A DNA stretch of 64,000 nucleotides from an uncultured Gammaproteobacteria bacterium (GTDB lineage Bacteria; Patescibacteriota; Microgenomatia; Levybacterales; GWA1-39-11), in assembly GCA_964531275.1 (NCBI GenBank), contig CAZHDZ010000005.1, positions 12,545 through 76,544 of the forward strand, written 5' to 3'. The first letter of the stretch is position 1, and every line of letters starts with the position of its first letter. Of this stretch, positions 50,850-59,778 are shown in pieces. The notes beneath the pieces are model-generated. The model did not search any database, was not told the origin of the DNA, and saw nothing but the letters and a program-made list of their open reading frames with translations. A program made the translations under genes and the position numbers.

Positions 50850-51941
50850 TCAACGTATATAGTGTACTTGTTCCAGGACTCGAATGCCTTGCGAGGAGAG
50901 TACCCATGTATTTGTAGTAATTGCACTTCCCTCATCTTTGATGTGAGGAATATTTAGCCATCTATCAGGTGTAATTGCGGTAAGGCTGACCAGTGTCTCA
51001 TGAGCACCACCTGGTACTAGAAAGTCCACGCCGTGAACTGGATTTTGCTCAAGAGTTTGCGGATCTTCACTATATTCTTTTACTTGAATGAATCCTCCCG
51101 TTATTTTTGCAGCTGCTGCTACCTCAGAGTTCTCTTCTCTTCCTGTTCTGCCGGCACCTAAAAATACACCTTTATCGTGAAGTTCAAGTGGAAGAACAGA
51201 TAGTACTCCGGGTAGTAAATCACCTGCTTCTAATTCAAGTACTCGGGCGCCTGTTCTTTTTGCCCCTTCAATAATAGGAGAGTTAAATGGAGCACGTTTT
51301 CCTGAAGCTTCTAGCATTGCAAGGGTAACGCTGGATTTCGGCATTCGAAATTTGTCTGCAAGCCTTTCTATATTTTCCTCAATTGGAAGATTGTAGTCCA
51401 TCACACCATTTGCCTCTGGAGGACCTGAAAGCCTCATGATGTAATGAGTACCAGGTAAAACAGGTCGAAGACCGTGTCTTGAGCTTATTGTGAGGGTCGA
51501 TGATGCGCCTGGCTTAAGTTTTAGAGCAGCGTTTGTTCCTTCGACCGTATCACTGATTTTGTCTTTTTTTGGTGCATCCAAAGGGCCATACTCTCCTTTA
51601 GCGGAAGGGGCTGATGATCCAGTTTTGTCTAACTCCTTATCGCCTTCGCTGCCTACACTGATAGTTCTGAAAGGAATATTGTTAAGCCGGTATTCGAAAG
51701 GTTTTGTCGCTGCACCATCAATATCCGCTTTAAGGCTGTCTATCTCGCTCTTAGTTCTATCTACAGTAAGAAGTGGTTGGATGCTCTGGGCATGTCTATA
51801 AGCGCCAACTGCACCTTCAGCTGTTACTTGCGAGTAACTTTCGATCATTAGATCCATATCCGTTGCTACGGTATTAGTTGGACCACCGCCCATTCTTGTT
51901 TCTACGGCAAGTCCTGTATGTGCTATGTTTAATTCACTCAT
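50850..51941 (-). CDS. Divergent GlpX-like protein (class II fructose-1,6-bisphosphatase family fold)
   Basis: Local similarity to E. coli GlpX in three blocks: SSVTLAMLEASGKR..GARVLELEAGDL (SELTVTILAKPRH..GVRVFAIPDGDV), GVFLGAGRTGREENSEVAAAA (VLYGIGGAPEGVVSAAV), and TNTWVLSSQGIRVLEQVHYI (TETLLIRGKSRTIRRIQSIHYL). The AVDPIEGT metal motif is only partly conserved (DYNLPIEEN). Confidence 0.4.
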   Translation of the reverse strand: MSELNIAHTGLAVETRMGGGPTNTVATDMDLMIESYSQVTAEGAVGAYRHAQSIQPLLTVDRTKSEIDSLKADIDGAATKPFEYRLNNIPFRTISVGSEGDKELDKTGSSAPSAKGEYGPLDAPKKDKISDTVEGTNAALKLKPGASSTLTISSRHGLRPVLPGTHYIMRLSGPPEANGVMDYNLPIEENIERLADKFRMPKSSVTLAMLEASGKRAPFNSPIIEGAKRTGARVLELEAGDLLPGVLSVLPLELHDKGVFLGAGRTGREENSEVAAAAKITGGFIQVKEYSEDPQTLEQNPVHGVDFLVPGGAHETLVSLTAITPDRWLNIPHIKDEGSAITTNTWVLSSQGIRVLEQVHYIR

Positions 51942-52018
51942 TCAAAGCATGATATAGCCCGTCAAATAGGGCCGCTTGATAAAATCCTGACAAAATTACA
52001 CCATAAATCTGCCAAAAG

Positions 52019-52086
52019 TTGATCTCTTGACAGTAAATCTTGCATACGAAGTATGAAGATTGATCTCTTGACAGTAAATCTTACAT
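52019..52086 (+). promoter_or_regulatory. Tandem 27-bp repeat, each copy carrying a TTGACA hexamer (ttgatctcttgacagtaaatctt[g/a]cat at 52019-52045 and 52060-52086), upstream of the acidic-protein genes
   Basis: Direct repeat with a 41-bp period. The second copy is followed by ...ttatgctaaat (possible -10) about 10 nt before the ATG at 52100. Confidence 0.45.
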
Positions 52087-52099
52087 TTGATTATGCTAA

Positions 52100-52735
52100 A
52101 TGTACCTTATGGCAACCGCAAAAAAAGGATTCCCACCCATTGTTATTGTTCTTATTGTCGTTGGTGTAATTGTTGTGGCAGTTGGGGGATTTTTCATGAT
52201 GAATAAGGACAAGATGGGAAGCATGATGAGTGGTAGTAATGCAGTGACCTCAATTAAAGATGCACTCACAAAATCAGTAAGTCTTGAATGCGAATATGTT
52301 GATGCTCAAAATGTAAAGTCCAAATACTACATTAAGAATGGTGCAATTCGCGCTGACATGGAATCTTCCGATCCAGAACAGACGGGAAGCATGATCATGA
52401 AAGATCGAAAGATATACTCATGGAAGGGCAAAGAAGGATTTATGATGGAGATTCCCGAAAGTAAAGACGAGGGAGACTCCATGAACAGCAAAGAATCAAA
52501 TGAGGCAGACAATCTCATAAAGGACCTTGAGGAATATAAAGACAAGTGTAAGCCTTCCGTCGTATCAGATAGTTTATTTACACCTCCAGCAGAAGTTGAG
52601 TTCCAAGACATGTCAAAAATGATGCAAGGAAGTGGAATGAGCGAAGATGAACTGAATAAAATGATGGAGCAGTATAAGGGCGGGGATTCTATGACAGGTG
52701 AAGAGCCTGTTACAGATTATTCAGAAGACTACTAA
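52100..52735 (+). CDS. Hypothetical membrane-anchored acidic protein
   Basis: N-terminal TM (FPPIVIVLIVVGVIVVAVGGFFMM). Met- and Glu/Asp-rich. Confidence 0.45.
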   Translation: MYLMATAKKGFPPIVIVLIVVGVIVVAVGGFFMMNKDKMGSMMSGSNAVTSIKDALTKSVSLECEYVDAQNVKSKYYIKNGAIRADMESSDPEQTGSMIMKDRKIYSWKGKEGFMMEIPESKDEGDSMNSKESNEADNLIKDLEEYKDKCKPSVVSDSLFTPPAEVEFQDMSKMMQGSGMSEDELNKMMEQYKGGDSMTGEEPVTDYSEDY

Positions 52736-52742
52736 TCTTCAC

Positions 52743-54668
52743 ATGGCCAAAAAGACCAATTTTAAATCCCCACGTAATGCCCATGTTGGCAAACTCATAA
52801 TTGCTCTTGCAATTGTTACTCTTATCCTCGGTGCTATTTCTGCTGCTTACTATGTAAATTTTTGGGAAAAGATCCCTTTCATAAGTCAAAAAATTCAAGT
52901 TACAAGGCCAAAAGCTGACATGAGCCGTGCTCGTCAGATGACCATTGACCCCTCGAAAGATTCAGTTGTGACAATAGTAAATCGAGAAGGCGTTAGAATT
53001 TCACTTCAAATTCCTAAAAACGCATTAAAAGAAAAAACTTTAGTTAAATTAATTCCTTTCTATAAAGACAAAAATACTTCAAACCCTACATCGGGTGTAA
53101 TAGTCAGTCCAGCAAAATTGAATTTCGCAAAACCAGTAACGCTGGCATTTAATTTTTCGGAAAGTCAGGAGAAAAATGGTGTTGATGTTGATGTTGAGAA
53201 GGACCTTCATATAACAAGTGCTTCGCAAGTCTTGCAAATAGATTCTGAAGCAACAACATTAACCCCCAATTTAATAGCACGTGGTCTCGAGAGTAAAAAT
53301 TATCTACCTGCAAGAATACTAACGGGAGGAGCGTATGTATTCGATACTACCGGAAAACACCAGGCAGATTATGCCAGGTTAGCTCTTAAATCCAATAATG
53401 CTCATTCATTAATTGTTATGGAAAGCGCTACCGTGCTTCTTTCTAAAGGTGAAGCTCTGAAAAAATCAGATCTTGCCAAGGCTAAAAATGCTATAGCAAA
53501 GATTCTTTCAAAAAAGTCGCCACCTCCATACGAACTATTTGCGGCTCTTGCGATCGATCAAAAGCTCAACAAGAAAGTATCATTGATTCCACAGGCATAC
53601 GCATACGAAACAGGGCAGGGCTATTTTGAGGCAGTTTGCAAAGAGGAGGGATTGAGCGCATCTGATTATTTGGGCTTTGCCAAAGGCGCTCAGCTTATGG
53701 GTTACGATTCAATAGGAGAAAATTGCATACAGAAAGCAAAAAATTTGGTTGCAGAAGAGGCCAAAAAAATTCTCGCTAACCCAAATTCAGATCTAAAGAC
53801 CGTTATCCTTGCTCTTCAAGACATTCAGATAGTTGGTCTTGATGATGATTCACAACTAGATGAAGCATTGATTGAACAAGCTCAGAAAATAACTGAAAAA
53901 GAGGGTGCTGAGACCTTAGATGATCCAAATGCAACTGCAATTGATGCCGCAAAAGCATTGCAAAAAATGGAGGGAATGGGTATAGAGGATGGAGAAGTTC
54001 ATAATGCTCTTCAAAAGAAAGTTAAGGATGCTGTAAATCTTGATCAGTACGACAATATGGAAGCACCTGAGGATGAAGCGACAAGTGGACCCGACGATGA
54101 TCCAATCGCTTTACCTGATGACTATGGAGATGGTGGGACATTTGATGAGGAGCAGATTTTAAGTAATGCTGTTTGGTCAGTTGTTGGAGTGGAGCTTTTG
54201 AAGGTAATGGGGTTTGAAGAGCTGGATGAGGCATCTCTAAAGAAGAGATTTGATGAAATGGCAGACGCCACAATAGAACTAGGAAATGCGGCCTATACCA
54301 TGTGTGTAGAGTTGGGGGGAGACAACTGTGAAGATATCCAACATGAATTAGACAAGGTAGAGCCCGCTAGGCAAGAGGGATACAGGGTTGCTGAGGATAT
54401 AGGGGAAGTTCAGTCAAGAGATTATGAAGTGCCAGAATACACCGAGGAAAGCGGAGAAGAATATTTAGATGGTCTCTACGTAGGCGAATTAACTCCCACT
54501 CCAGAAGAGGATGGCCAATATGAATACGAATACGGGGGGGATTCCAGTTATGATGCAACGGACGAGACCTATGAGGAATATGACAGCTCATATGATAGCT
54601 CTGCAGAAGAGACAACGGACCAGAGTTACAACGAAGAAAATAATGATAATTCTTATGAAGAAAATTAA
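52743..54668 (+). CDS. Hypothetical large membrane-anchored protein with extremely acidic Tyr/Glu/Asp/Ser-rich C-terminus
   Basis: TM (LIIALAIVTLILGAISAAYYV). C-terminus EYEYGGDSSYDATDETYEEYDSSYDSSAEETTDQSYNEENNDNSYEEN. Start set at the ATG at 52743 rather than the overlapping 52698. Confidence 0.5.
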   Translation: MAKKTNFKSPRNAHVGKLIIALAIVTLILGAISAAYYVNFWEKIPFISQKIQVTRPKADMSRARQMTIDPSKDSVVTIVNREGVRISLQIPKNALKEKTLVKLIPFYKDKNTSNPTSGVIVSPAKLNFAKPVTLAFNFSESQEKNGVDVDVEKDLHITSASQVLQIDSEATTLTPNLIARGLESKNYLPARILTGGAYVFDTTGKHQADYARLALKSNNAHSLIVMESATVLLSKGEALKKSDLAKAKNAIAKILSKKSPPPYELFAALAIDQKLNKKVSLIPQAYAYETGQGYFEAVCKEEGLSASDYLGFAKGAQLMGYDSIGENCIQKAKNLVAEEAKKILANPNSDLKTVILALQDIQIVGLDDDSQLDEALIEQAQKITEKEGAETLDDPNATAIDAAKALQKMEGMGIEDGEVHNALQKKVKDAVNLDQYDNMEAPEDEATSGPDDDPIALPDDYGDGGTFDEEQILSNAVWSVVGVELLKVMGFEELDEASLKKRFDEMADATIELGNAAYTMCVELGGDNCEDIQHELDKVEPARQEGYRVAEDIGEVQSRDYEVPEYTEESGEEYLDGLYVGELTPTPEEDGQYEYEYGGDSSYDATDETYEEYDSSYDSSAEETTDQSYNEENNDNSYEEN

Positions 54669-54690
54669 AGAAAAGGAGGTGAATTAATTT

Positions 54691-54999
54691 ATGGCAACAA
54701 CAGACGCACAACAGAATAAAACAATGGCGATTTTGGCTTACATCCTATTTTTCATTCCACTTTTGGCTGCACCGAAATCAACATTCGCTAAATATCATGC
54801 AAATCAAGGACTTATCCTTTTGATATTCGCAATAGCAGTACAGGTAATTGGAGGCGTAGTTCCTTTCTTGGGATGGTTCTTAGTACTCCCGATAGGAAAT
54901 ATCGCAGTCCTAGTATTCTTTGTAATGGGTATTATTAATGCTTCAAATGGAGCAATGAAACCCCTTCCACTAATTGGAGGATTTACATTGATTAAGTAG
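54691..54999 (+). CDS. DUF4870-like small membrane protein
   Basis: MAILAYILFFIPLLA..KSTFAKYHANQGLILLI..IAVQVIGGVVPFLGWFL... matches the DUF4870 pattern. SD aaggagg upstream. Confidence 0.55.
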   Translation: MATTDAQQNKTMAILAYILFFIPLLAAPKSTFAKYHANQGLILLIFAIAVQVIGGVVPFLGWFLVLPIGNIAVLVFFVMGIINASNGAMKPLPLIGGFTLIK

Positions 55000-55840
55000 A
55001 TTTCTTTTTCTGTTTTGGCTGTGGTTTGTTAATGGCATCCCCTTGGAATGCAAAAGAGGATGCGAAACAGACCACGCCAAATACACCAACCGCAAATGAG
55101 AATAATGTTTGGATTTCTCCTTGCCTTGCAATAAACAACATCGCAACCCGCTCAATAATAGGGAGTATGATAGCAACCATCCCGCTAGCATCTTTTGATA
55201 AAACTGTAAATAATCCAACAGAGGCAAATTGTGCAATGTGGAAAAGAATAAATCCACCTATCGCACTTAGTAGAAATGTAATTCCAACCCAGCGAAAACG
55301 GCTTTTATTATCAGGTGATCTTATAATTATAACAATAATGCTTAGAACCATAAGAATGCTTAGTGCTGGAAGAAGAATGGATACGATAGTATGACCAAGT
55401 CTAAGTCCTGCAAGGGCATCTCCCAAAGGGTACGAAAAATCATTTTCTTGAAGCGTTTTTATGAATTCCTGTGGGTTACCTTCTAGAGTGCTATTGCCAT
55501 CTGATGAATCGACCTCGCTTGGGATTTCTGAAAAGTCGTCAAATGATTCCTGAATGTCTGGGTTTTTGGCTAAGAATTCCTCTTTTATATCTTTAAAGGA
55601 AATTGTCGGTACGTTTTCGGTTTTGCCCGTTATCCAGTAGGCGGAATCATCAATGGCCCTATCAACTTTTCCCTTAATGTAGCCTGATGTAATAGGGGGA
55701 AAGTCTATTTTTTTATAGAGGCCGCTTTGTGACAACTCGTTTTTGATTGTGGTGGTAGATATACCGCCGTAGGAAATGGTTGCAAGGAGTATGACAAAAG
55801 GGGCTGTTGTTATAAAAAAGAGAAGGGCAAGGAGTCTCAT
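54992..55840 (-). CDS. Hypothetical integral membrane protein
   Basis: N-terminal TM, a central soluble region, and C-terminal TM helices. Confidence 0.45.
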   Translation of the reverse strand: MRLLALLFFITTAPFVILLATISYGGISTTTIKNELSQSGLYKKIDFPPITSGYIKGKVDRAIDDSAYWITGKTENVPTISFKDIKEEFLAKNPDIQESFDDFSEIPSEVDSSDGNSTLEGNPQEFIKTLQENDFSYPLGDALAGLRLGHTIVSILLPALSILMVLSIIVIIIRSPDNKSRFRWVGITFLLSAIGGFILFHIAQFASVGLFTVLSKDASGMVAIILPIIERVAMLFIARQGEIQTLFSFAVGVFGVVCFASSFAFQGDAINKPQPKQKKKST

Positions 55841-55843
55841 GGG

Positions 55844-56296
55844 TTAGACATATGTCCTTACATTTTGAATAATATCTTGAGGTGTAACATTTGATTTTAT
55901 GAGAAATGCGTTCGCATTTCCAAAAAGCTTTGTCTCTCGTATCGAGTCTATATCTCCTGCATTTGTTAATATAATTACAGGCAATTTTTCAAATCCAGGA
56001 AGCCCTCTTAGGGTTCTGAGCATAGTTTTGCCATCCATGACAGGCATCATGAGGTCCAACAGAATAATGTCGGGTCTTTGTGCTTGTGCTATTTCAAGTC
56101 CTTTTAGGCCGTTTTCTGCTGAAATAACCTCAAGCTGTTCTGCTTTTAGCACTTCTACATACAAATTGCGTAGGGCTTCATCGTCTTCCACGACAAGAAT
56201 CTTTTTCATTTTGGCAGCAGGTGGGGCGGCAGGAGACGTAGCAGGTGTCTCCTGAGGCTTATTTGATCCAAATCCAAGCTTATTTAATAGTCCCAT
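55844..56296 (-). CDS. Single-domain response regulator (REC only) with N-terminal Pro/Ala-rich extension
   Basis: KKILVVEDDEALRNLY...DIILLDLMMPVMDGKTML...IILT. Paralogue of 59268-59714. Confidence 0.8.
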   Translation of the reverse strand: MGLLNKLGFGSNKPQETPATSPAAPPAAKMKKILVVEDDEALRNLYVEVLKAEQLEVISAENGLKGLEIAQAQRPDIILLDLMMPVMDGKTMLRTLRGLPGFEKLPVIILTNAGDIDSIRETKLFGNANAFLIKSNVTPQDIIQNVRTYV

Positions 56297-56439
56297 ACCC
56301 CATATTACCTTTGTAAGAATTTTATGTCAATTTCATTGTATTTTGACCTTTTTATGATATGATTTGACAGCTTTTCTATCCCATAGCAATTTGCAGACTT
56401 GTTTTGCAATTTTTGCGTGCTATGGATATGGACAAAGCT

Positions 56440-57530
56440 GTTCTTTAAAAATCTGTTATTTTTCGGCGAGAGCAAATTGAGGTAAAAGATTGCCTGCGTT
56501 TGCGCTCGCCGGAAAGGATGAGCGGAAAGAAGGAGGTTGGGTTGACAAAAAAACCCTCACGTCGTCCTTGGCTTGCGCTCCTGGTTGCCGTGTTCATCGC
56601 GGCTACTGCAGGTGCAGGCCCGCTGGCAACCGCCAGCGCAGTACCGGTCAGTGACCCTAGGGTCACCCCTGGCTGTAACGGCCAGGATGACTTCGGGTTC
56701 GCATATACGGCGTTCGCGACAGGAGTAATTACCAACAAGGGCACGGCAACGTGCTCGGTATACTTCCTCGCGTACAACACGTACGATTGCGCGCCTATCA
56801 GCCAGTGTGGTAAGGGTCAAGATCTGGTCGGCACTGCCGGCCCCGTGACCCTGAAGCCGGGATCGTCTGTCACGCTAGTCGTGAACGTTCCTAACAGCGT
56901 GTGCAAGCTCCAATTCGATCCCCTCGTGGGATGGTTGGGAGCTCCACTCGGACACCTCGCAGGTGGTGCAGAGTATGGCACTGAAATGCTTGCACAAGGA
57001 GTCGGCATTACTGCTGACAATCCCAACTGCAGGCAGCCAACACCGACCCCGCCACCGCCAACACCTACGCCGGTTCTGACACCGTCGCCGACGGCAACGC
57101 CTACGTTGCCACCGCCGCCGACTCCGACGTCGCCTCCGCCTACCGCGACCCCATCGGCCACGCCGACGGGAACACAGTCGCCCACCGCGACACCATCGGC
57201 TACGCCGACTGGTACGCAGGTACCGCCCACGGCAACGCCTACGTTGCCACCGACCCAGGGTCCAACGACCCCACCGACGGCAACGCCGGTTGTAACTGCT
57301 CCACCGAGTAATGTTCCGAAGCCGCCGAGTGCGGGTACGGGCATGATCGAGTTGATGTCGACCCCTGTTGGGGCTGGCTTCCTACTCATGATGGTGGGTG
57401 CAATTGCCGCTGCGCTTACTATCGGTTTTGGCTTCGGCCAGGGACGTAGGTCCAAGAGGTAGCGTTCATCCAGGCAGATCTTTTCCGGCGCCCGTGGCTT
57501 CATAGCTGCGGGTGCCGGACCTTTTAACAA
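56440..57530 (+). other. High-GC island 1 (about 1.1 kb, visibly about 60-65% GC against a flanking genome near one-third GC) carrying one gene
   Basis: Abrupt composition change at about 56460-56490 and about 57525. All six frames are open in this stretch, a high-GC artefact. Confidence 0.8.
56500..57462 (+). CDS. Foreign-composition secreted protein: signal peptide, Cys-containing beta-sandwich-like domain, Pro/Thr-rich linker, C-terminal hydrophobic anchor + basic tail (GRRSKR)
   Basis: Signal peptide ...WLALLVAVFIAATAGAGPLATASA. PTPTPPPPTPTPVLTPSPTATPTLPPPP... linker. C-terminus GAGFLLMMVGAIAAALTIGFGFGQGRRSKR. High-GC codon usage. SD aaggagg. Confidence 0.6.
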   Translation: MRSPERMSGKKEVGLTKKPSRRPWLALLVAVFIAATAGAGPLATASAVPVSDPRVTPGCNGQDDFGFAYTAFATGVITNKGTATCSVYFLAYNTYDCAPISQCGKGQDLVGTAGPVTLKPGSSVTLVVNVPNSVCKLQFDPLVGWLGAPLGHLAGGAEYGTEMLAQGVGITADNPNCRQPTPTPPPPTPTPVLTPSPTATPTLPPPPTPTSPPPTATPSATPTGTQSPTATPSATPTGTQVPPTATPTLPPTQGPTTPPTATPVVTAPPSNVPKPPSAGTGMIELMSTPVGAGFLLMMVGAIAAALTIGFGFGQGRRSKR

Positions 57531-57977
57531 TTAGAAGACTTCAACTCGGGTTCCCATGGGAGCCCAGTCATAGACCCACTTAGCATCTTCAACTCGAAGA
57601 TTAACGCATCCATGGGAAGCACGTGATCCAAATTTATTGTGCCAGTAGGTACCATGAATTGCATATGCGCCTTTGAAGAACATTACATACGGAACATCCT
57701 TTAGAAAATAAGGCTCATACGGTGGGTAGTTACCTTTCATATTTTGCTTTTCGTTCTTGATGTAGATTTTAAAGCTCCCCTTTACGGTTGGGGTGTAACG
57801 CATTCCTGTTGAAACAGTAAATTCCTTCTGTATTCTTCCACCTTCCCACGCGTAAAGTCTTTGCTTTCCTATATCTACAGTAATGAGTTTGTCTGTAGTT
57901 AGAATGTCTGCGGCAAATGAAGATTTAGGGAATAGAAAGAATAGAAAAAGGAGAGTGGCTAATAAAATCTTTCTCAT
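57531..57977 (-). CDS. L,D-transpeptidase (YkuD domain)
   Basis: Signal peptide, then catalytic HGTYWHNKFGSRASHGCVNL (His...Cys). Confidence 0.85.
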   Translation of the reverse strand: MRKILLATLLFLFFLFPKSSFAADILTTDKLITVDIGKQRLYAWEGGRIQKEFTVSTGMRYTPTVKGSFKIYIKNEKQNMKGNYPPYEPYFLKDVPYVMFFKGAYAIHGTYWHNKFGSRASHGCVNLRVEDAKWVYDWAPMGTRVEVF

Positions 57978-58021
57978 ACAATCTACTATACAACATCTTT
58001 ATTTGAATCTATAATATCGGG

Positions 58022-58462
58022 ATGTTAAATGAAGAAGGAATTCCTCCACGTCAAGATCGTTTTATGTCAGTACTTGCTAGGGTAAGTGAAATGCCTGCGT
58101 GCAGTAACTCACTTGAAGCATATGGATTACTTTCGAGGGTTCTTAATAGTGCCGAAGACGAAATTTTTGGAGATCATTGGGAGCCTCCTCGTACTTTTCT
58201 TGATGGAAAAAGAACTCCAAGAATTTACCCAATACACCCTGAAAGCTTTCATCCTGTAGAAGGCTTTTCAGGCGTTACCCTAATGATTGCAAAGAAGGAA
58301 TACGTGATAGTGAGTAGATTTGGTGCAATGGAAGTGCAAACAAAAATTCCTGACGACCTTTATGGAGCTAATTTGCATTTCTCAGAAAGGAATGATCAAG
58401 TTCTCTGGCAAAAAACAGACGCTTACGGTGATGGTGTTTGGCATGATAAAAACAGAACGTAA
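58022..58462 (+). CDS. Hypothetical protein
   Basis: ORF only. Confidence 0.35.
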   Translation: MLNEEGIPPRQDRFMSVLARVSEMPACSNSLEAYGLLSRVLNSAEDEIFGDHWEPPRTFLDGKRTPRIYPIHPESFHPVEGFSGVTLMIAKKEYVIVSRFGAMEVQTKIPDDLYGANLHFSERNDQVLWQKTDAYGDGVWHDKNRT

Positions 58463-58501
58463 GTGGCAATTGGGTTAAATTAGTGGTATTATTCCCTTCA
58501 A

Positions 58502-59266
58502 ATGAACATTCAAGCAAATCTCCCAAAACTAATTGGCGTTGCGGTTGTTATTATCTTTATAATCGCGATTATCGCTTCATGTATTGCTGTAGTTGAAGCT
58601 GGAAATGTTGGGGTAATTACAAGATTTGGAGCTGTTAATAGAGTTGTGAATCCAGGATTAAATTTTAAACTTCCATTTATTGAGGGTATAACTCTTATGG
58701 AGACTCGTACGCAGAAAGAGCAAGTGGATGCACGAGCCGCATCAAAAGATCTTCAGGAAGTGCAAAGTACTATTGCACTTAATTTTCACTTGAGAGCAGA
58801 AAAAGCAGTCGTTGTGTATCAAAATATTGGGTCATTGTATAAAGAAAGAATTATCGACCCCGCAATCCAAGAGGCTTTTAAGGCTACAACGGCAAAATTT
58901 ACTGCAACAGAGCTTATTACAAAGAGAGAAGCTGTTAAGCAGGAGGCTTTGAAGCATTTAAAGGAAAGACTTAATGTCTTTAATGTAATAGTCGATGATT
59001 TTAATATTGTTAATTTTGATTTTTCATCTGATTTCAACCAATCAATCGAGCAAAAGCAGGTAGCTCAGCAAAATTATGAGCGTGCAAGAATCGAAGCAAC
59101 AACAGCTACGACACAAGCCCAGGGTCAGGCAGATGCACAGAAGATTCTAAGAGACAGTGGAAGTCTTACACCAGAATACTTACAATTTTTAGCTGTTCAG
59201 AAGTGGGACGGAAAATTACCAAGTGCTACCGCAGGAACTCCTTTTATAAATATTCCTACTCGGTAA
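58502..59266 (+). CDS. SPFH/band-7 (prohibitin/HflC-like) membrane protein
   Basis: N-terminal TM, SPFH core (RFGAVNRVVNPGLNFKLPFIEGI), and coiled-coil C-terminus. Confidence 0.8.
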   Translation: MNIQANLPKLIGVAVVIIFIIAIIASCIAVVEAGNVGVITRFGAVNRVVNPGLNFKLPFIEGITLMETRTQKEQVDARAASKDLQEVQSTIALNFHLRAEKAVVVYQNIGSLYKERIIDPAIQEAFKATTAKFTATELITKREAVKQEALKHLKERLNVFNVIVDDFNIVNFDFSSDFNQSIEQKQVAQQNYERARIEATTATTQAQGQADAQKILRDSGSLTPEYLQFLAVQKWDGKLPSATAGTPFINIPTR

Positions 59267-59267
59267 C

Positions 59268-59714
59268 TTACATCAGATCAAGAAGTGTTGCTATTGTCTG
59301 TTGAGGAGTAACATTTTCCTTTATCAAAAATCCTTTTGCCCCGTCATAGAGTTTTACCTGTCTTATAGTGTCGATATCACCTTTATCTGAAATTACAAGA
59401 ACGGGCGTAATTTTATACTCAGGAATGGCTCTTATATGATGAAGTAGTTCCTTGCCATCCATTACGGGAAGATTTAGATCTATTAAGATCATAGTTGGCT
59501 GAAAAGTTAGAAGCATATTGAGTGCTTCAGCACCATTTACAGCAGATCCAACCGTATACTTGTCTGTCGGCAAAAGTTGGATGTATTGTGCTTTTAATGC
59601 AGGATCAGCCTCAACAATAAGAATCTTTGGAAGATCAGATGCTATTGGTGTAGGAATTTTTCCTTCTCCTTCTTTGCCAGCTGCAAATATCATTAATTTA
59701 TCAAGTATCCCCAT
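59268..59714 (-). CDS. Single-domain response regulator (REC only), paralogue of 55844-56296
   Basis: PKILIVEADPALKAQY...MILIDLNLPVMDGKELL...VLVIS. Same MG(I/L)L(D/N)KL N-terminal extension as the paralogue. Confidence 0.8.
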   Translation of the reverse strand: MGILDKLMIFAAGKEGEGKIPTPIASDLPKILIVEADPALKAQYIQLLPTDKYTVGSAVNGAEALNMLLTFQPTMILIDLNLPVMDGKELLHHIRAIPEYKITPVLVISDKGDIDTIRQVKLYDGAKGFLIKENVTPQQTIATLLDLM

Positions 59715-59778
59715 GCCTTTATCGTAGAGCTAAGGTGGTCTTAATGTCAATTTAAATATGTTACAATTCTTGCAATAG

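Noticed and set aside
56445-57530. Three minus-strand ORFs (56445-56780, 56557-56820, 56817-57530) and their overlaps listed in the six-frame track
   Set aside because: They lie entirely inside the high-GC island, where stop codons are rare in every frame. Only the + strand ORF has a signal peptide, SD and coherent domain structure. The others are GC-induced shadow ORFs.
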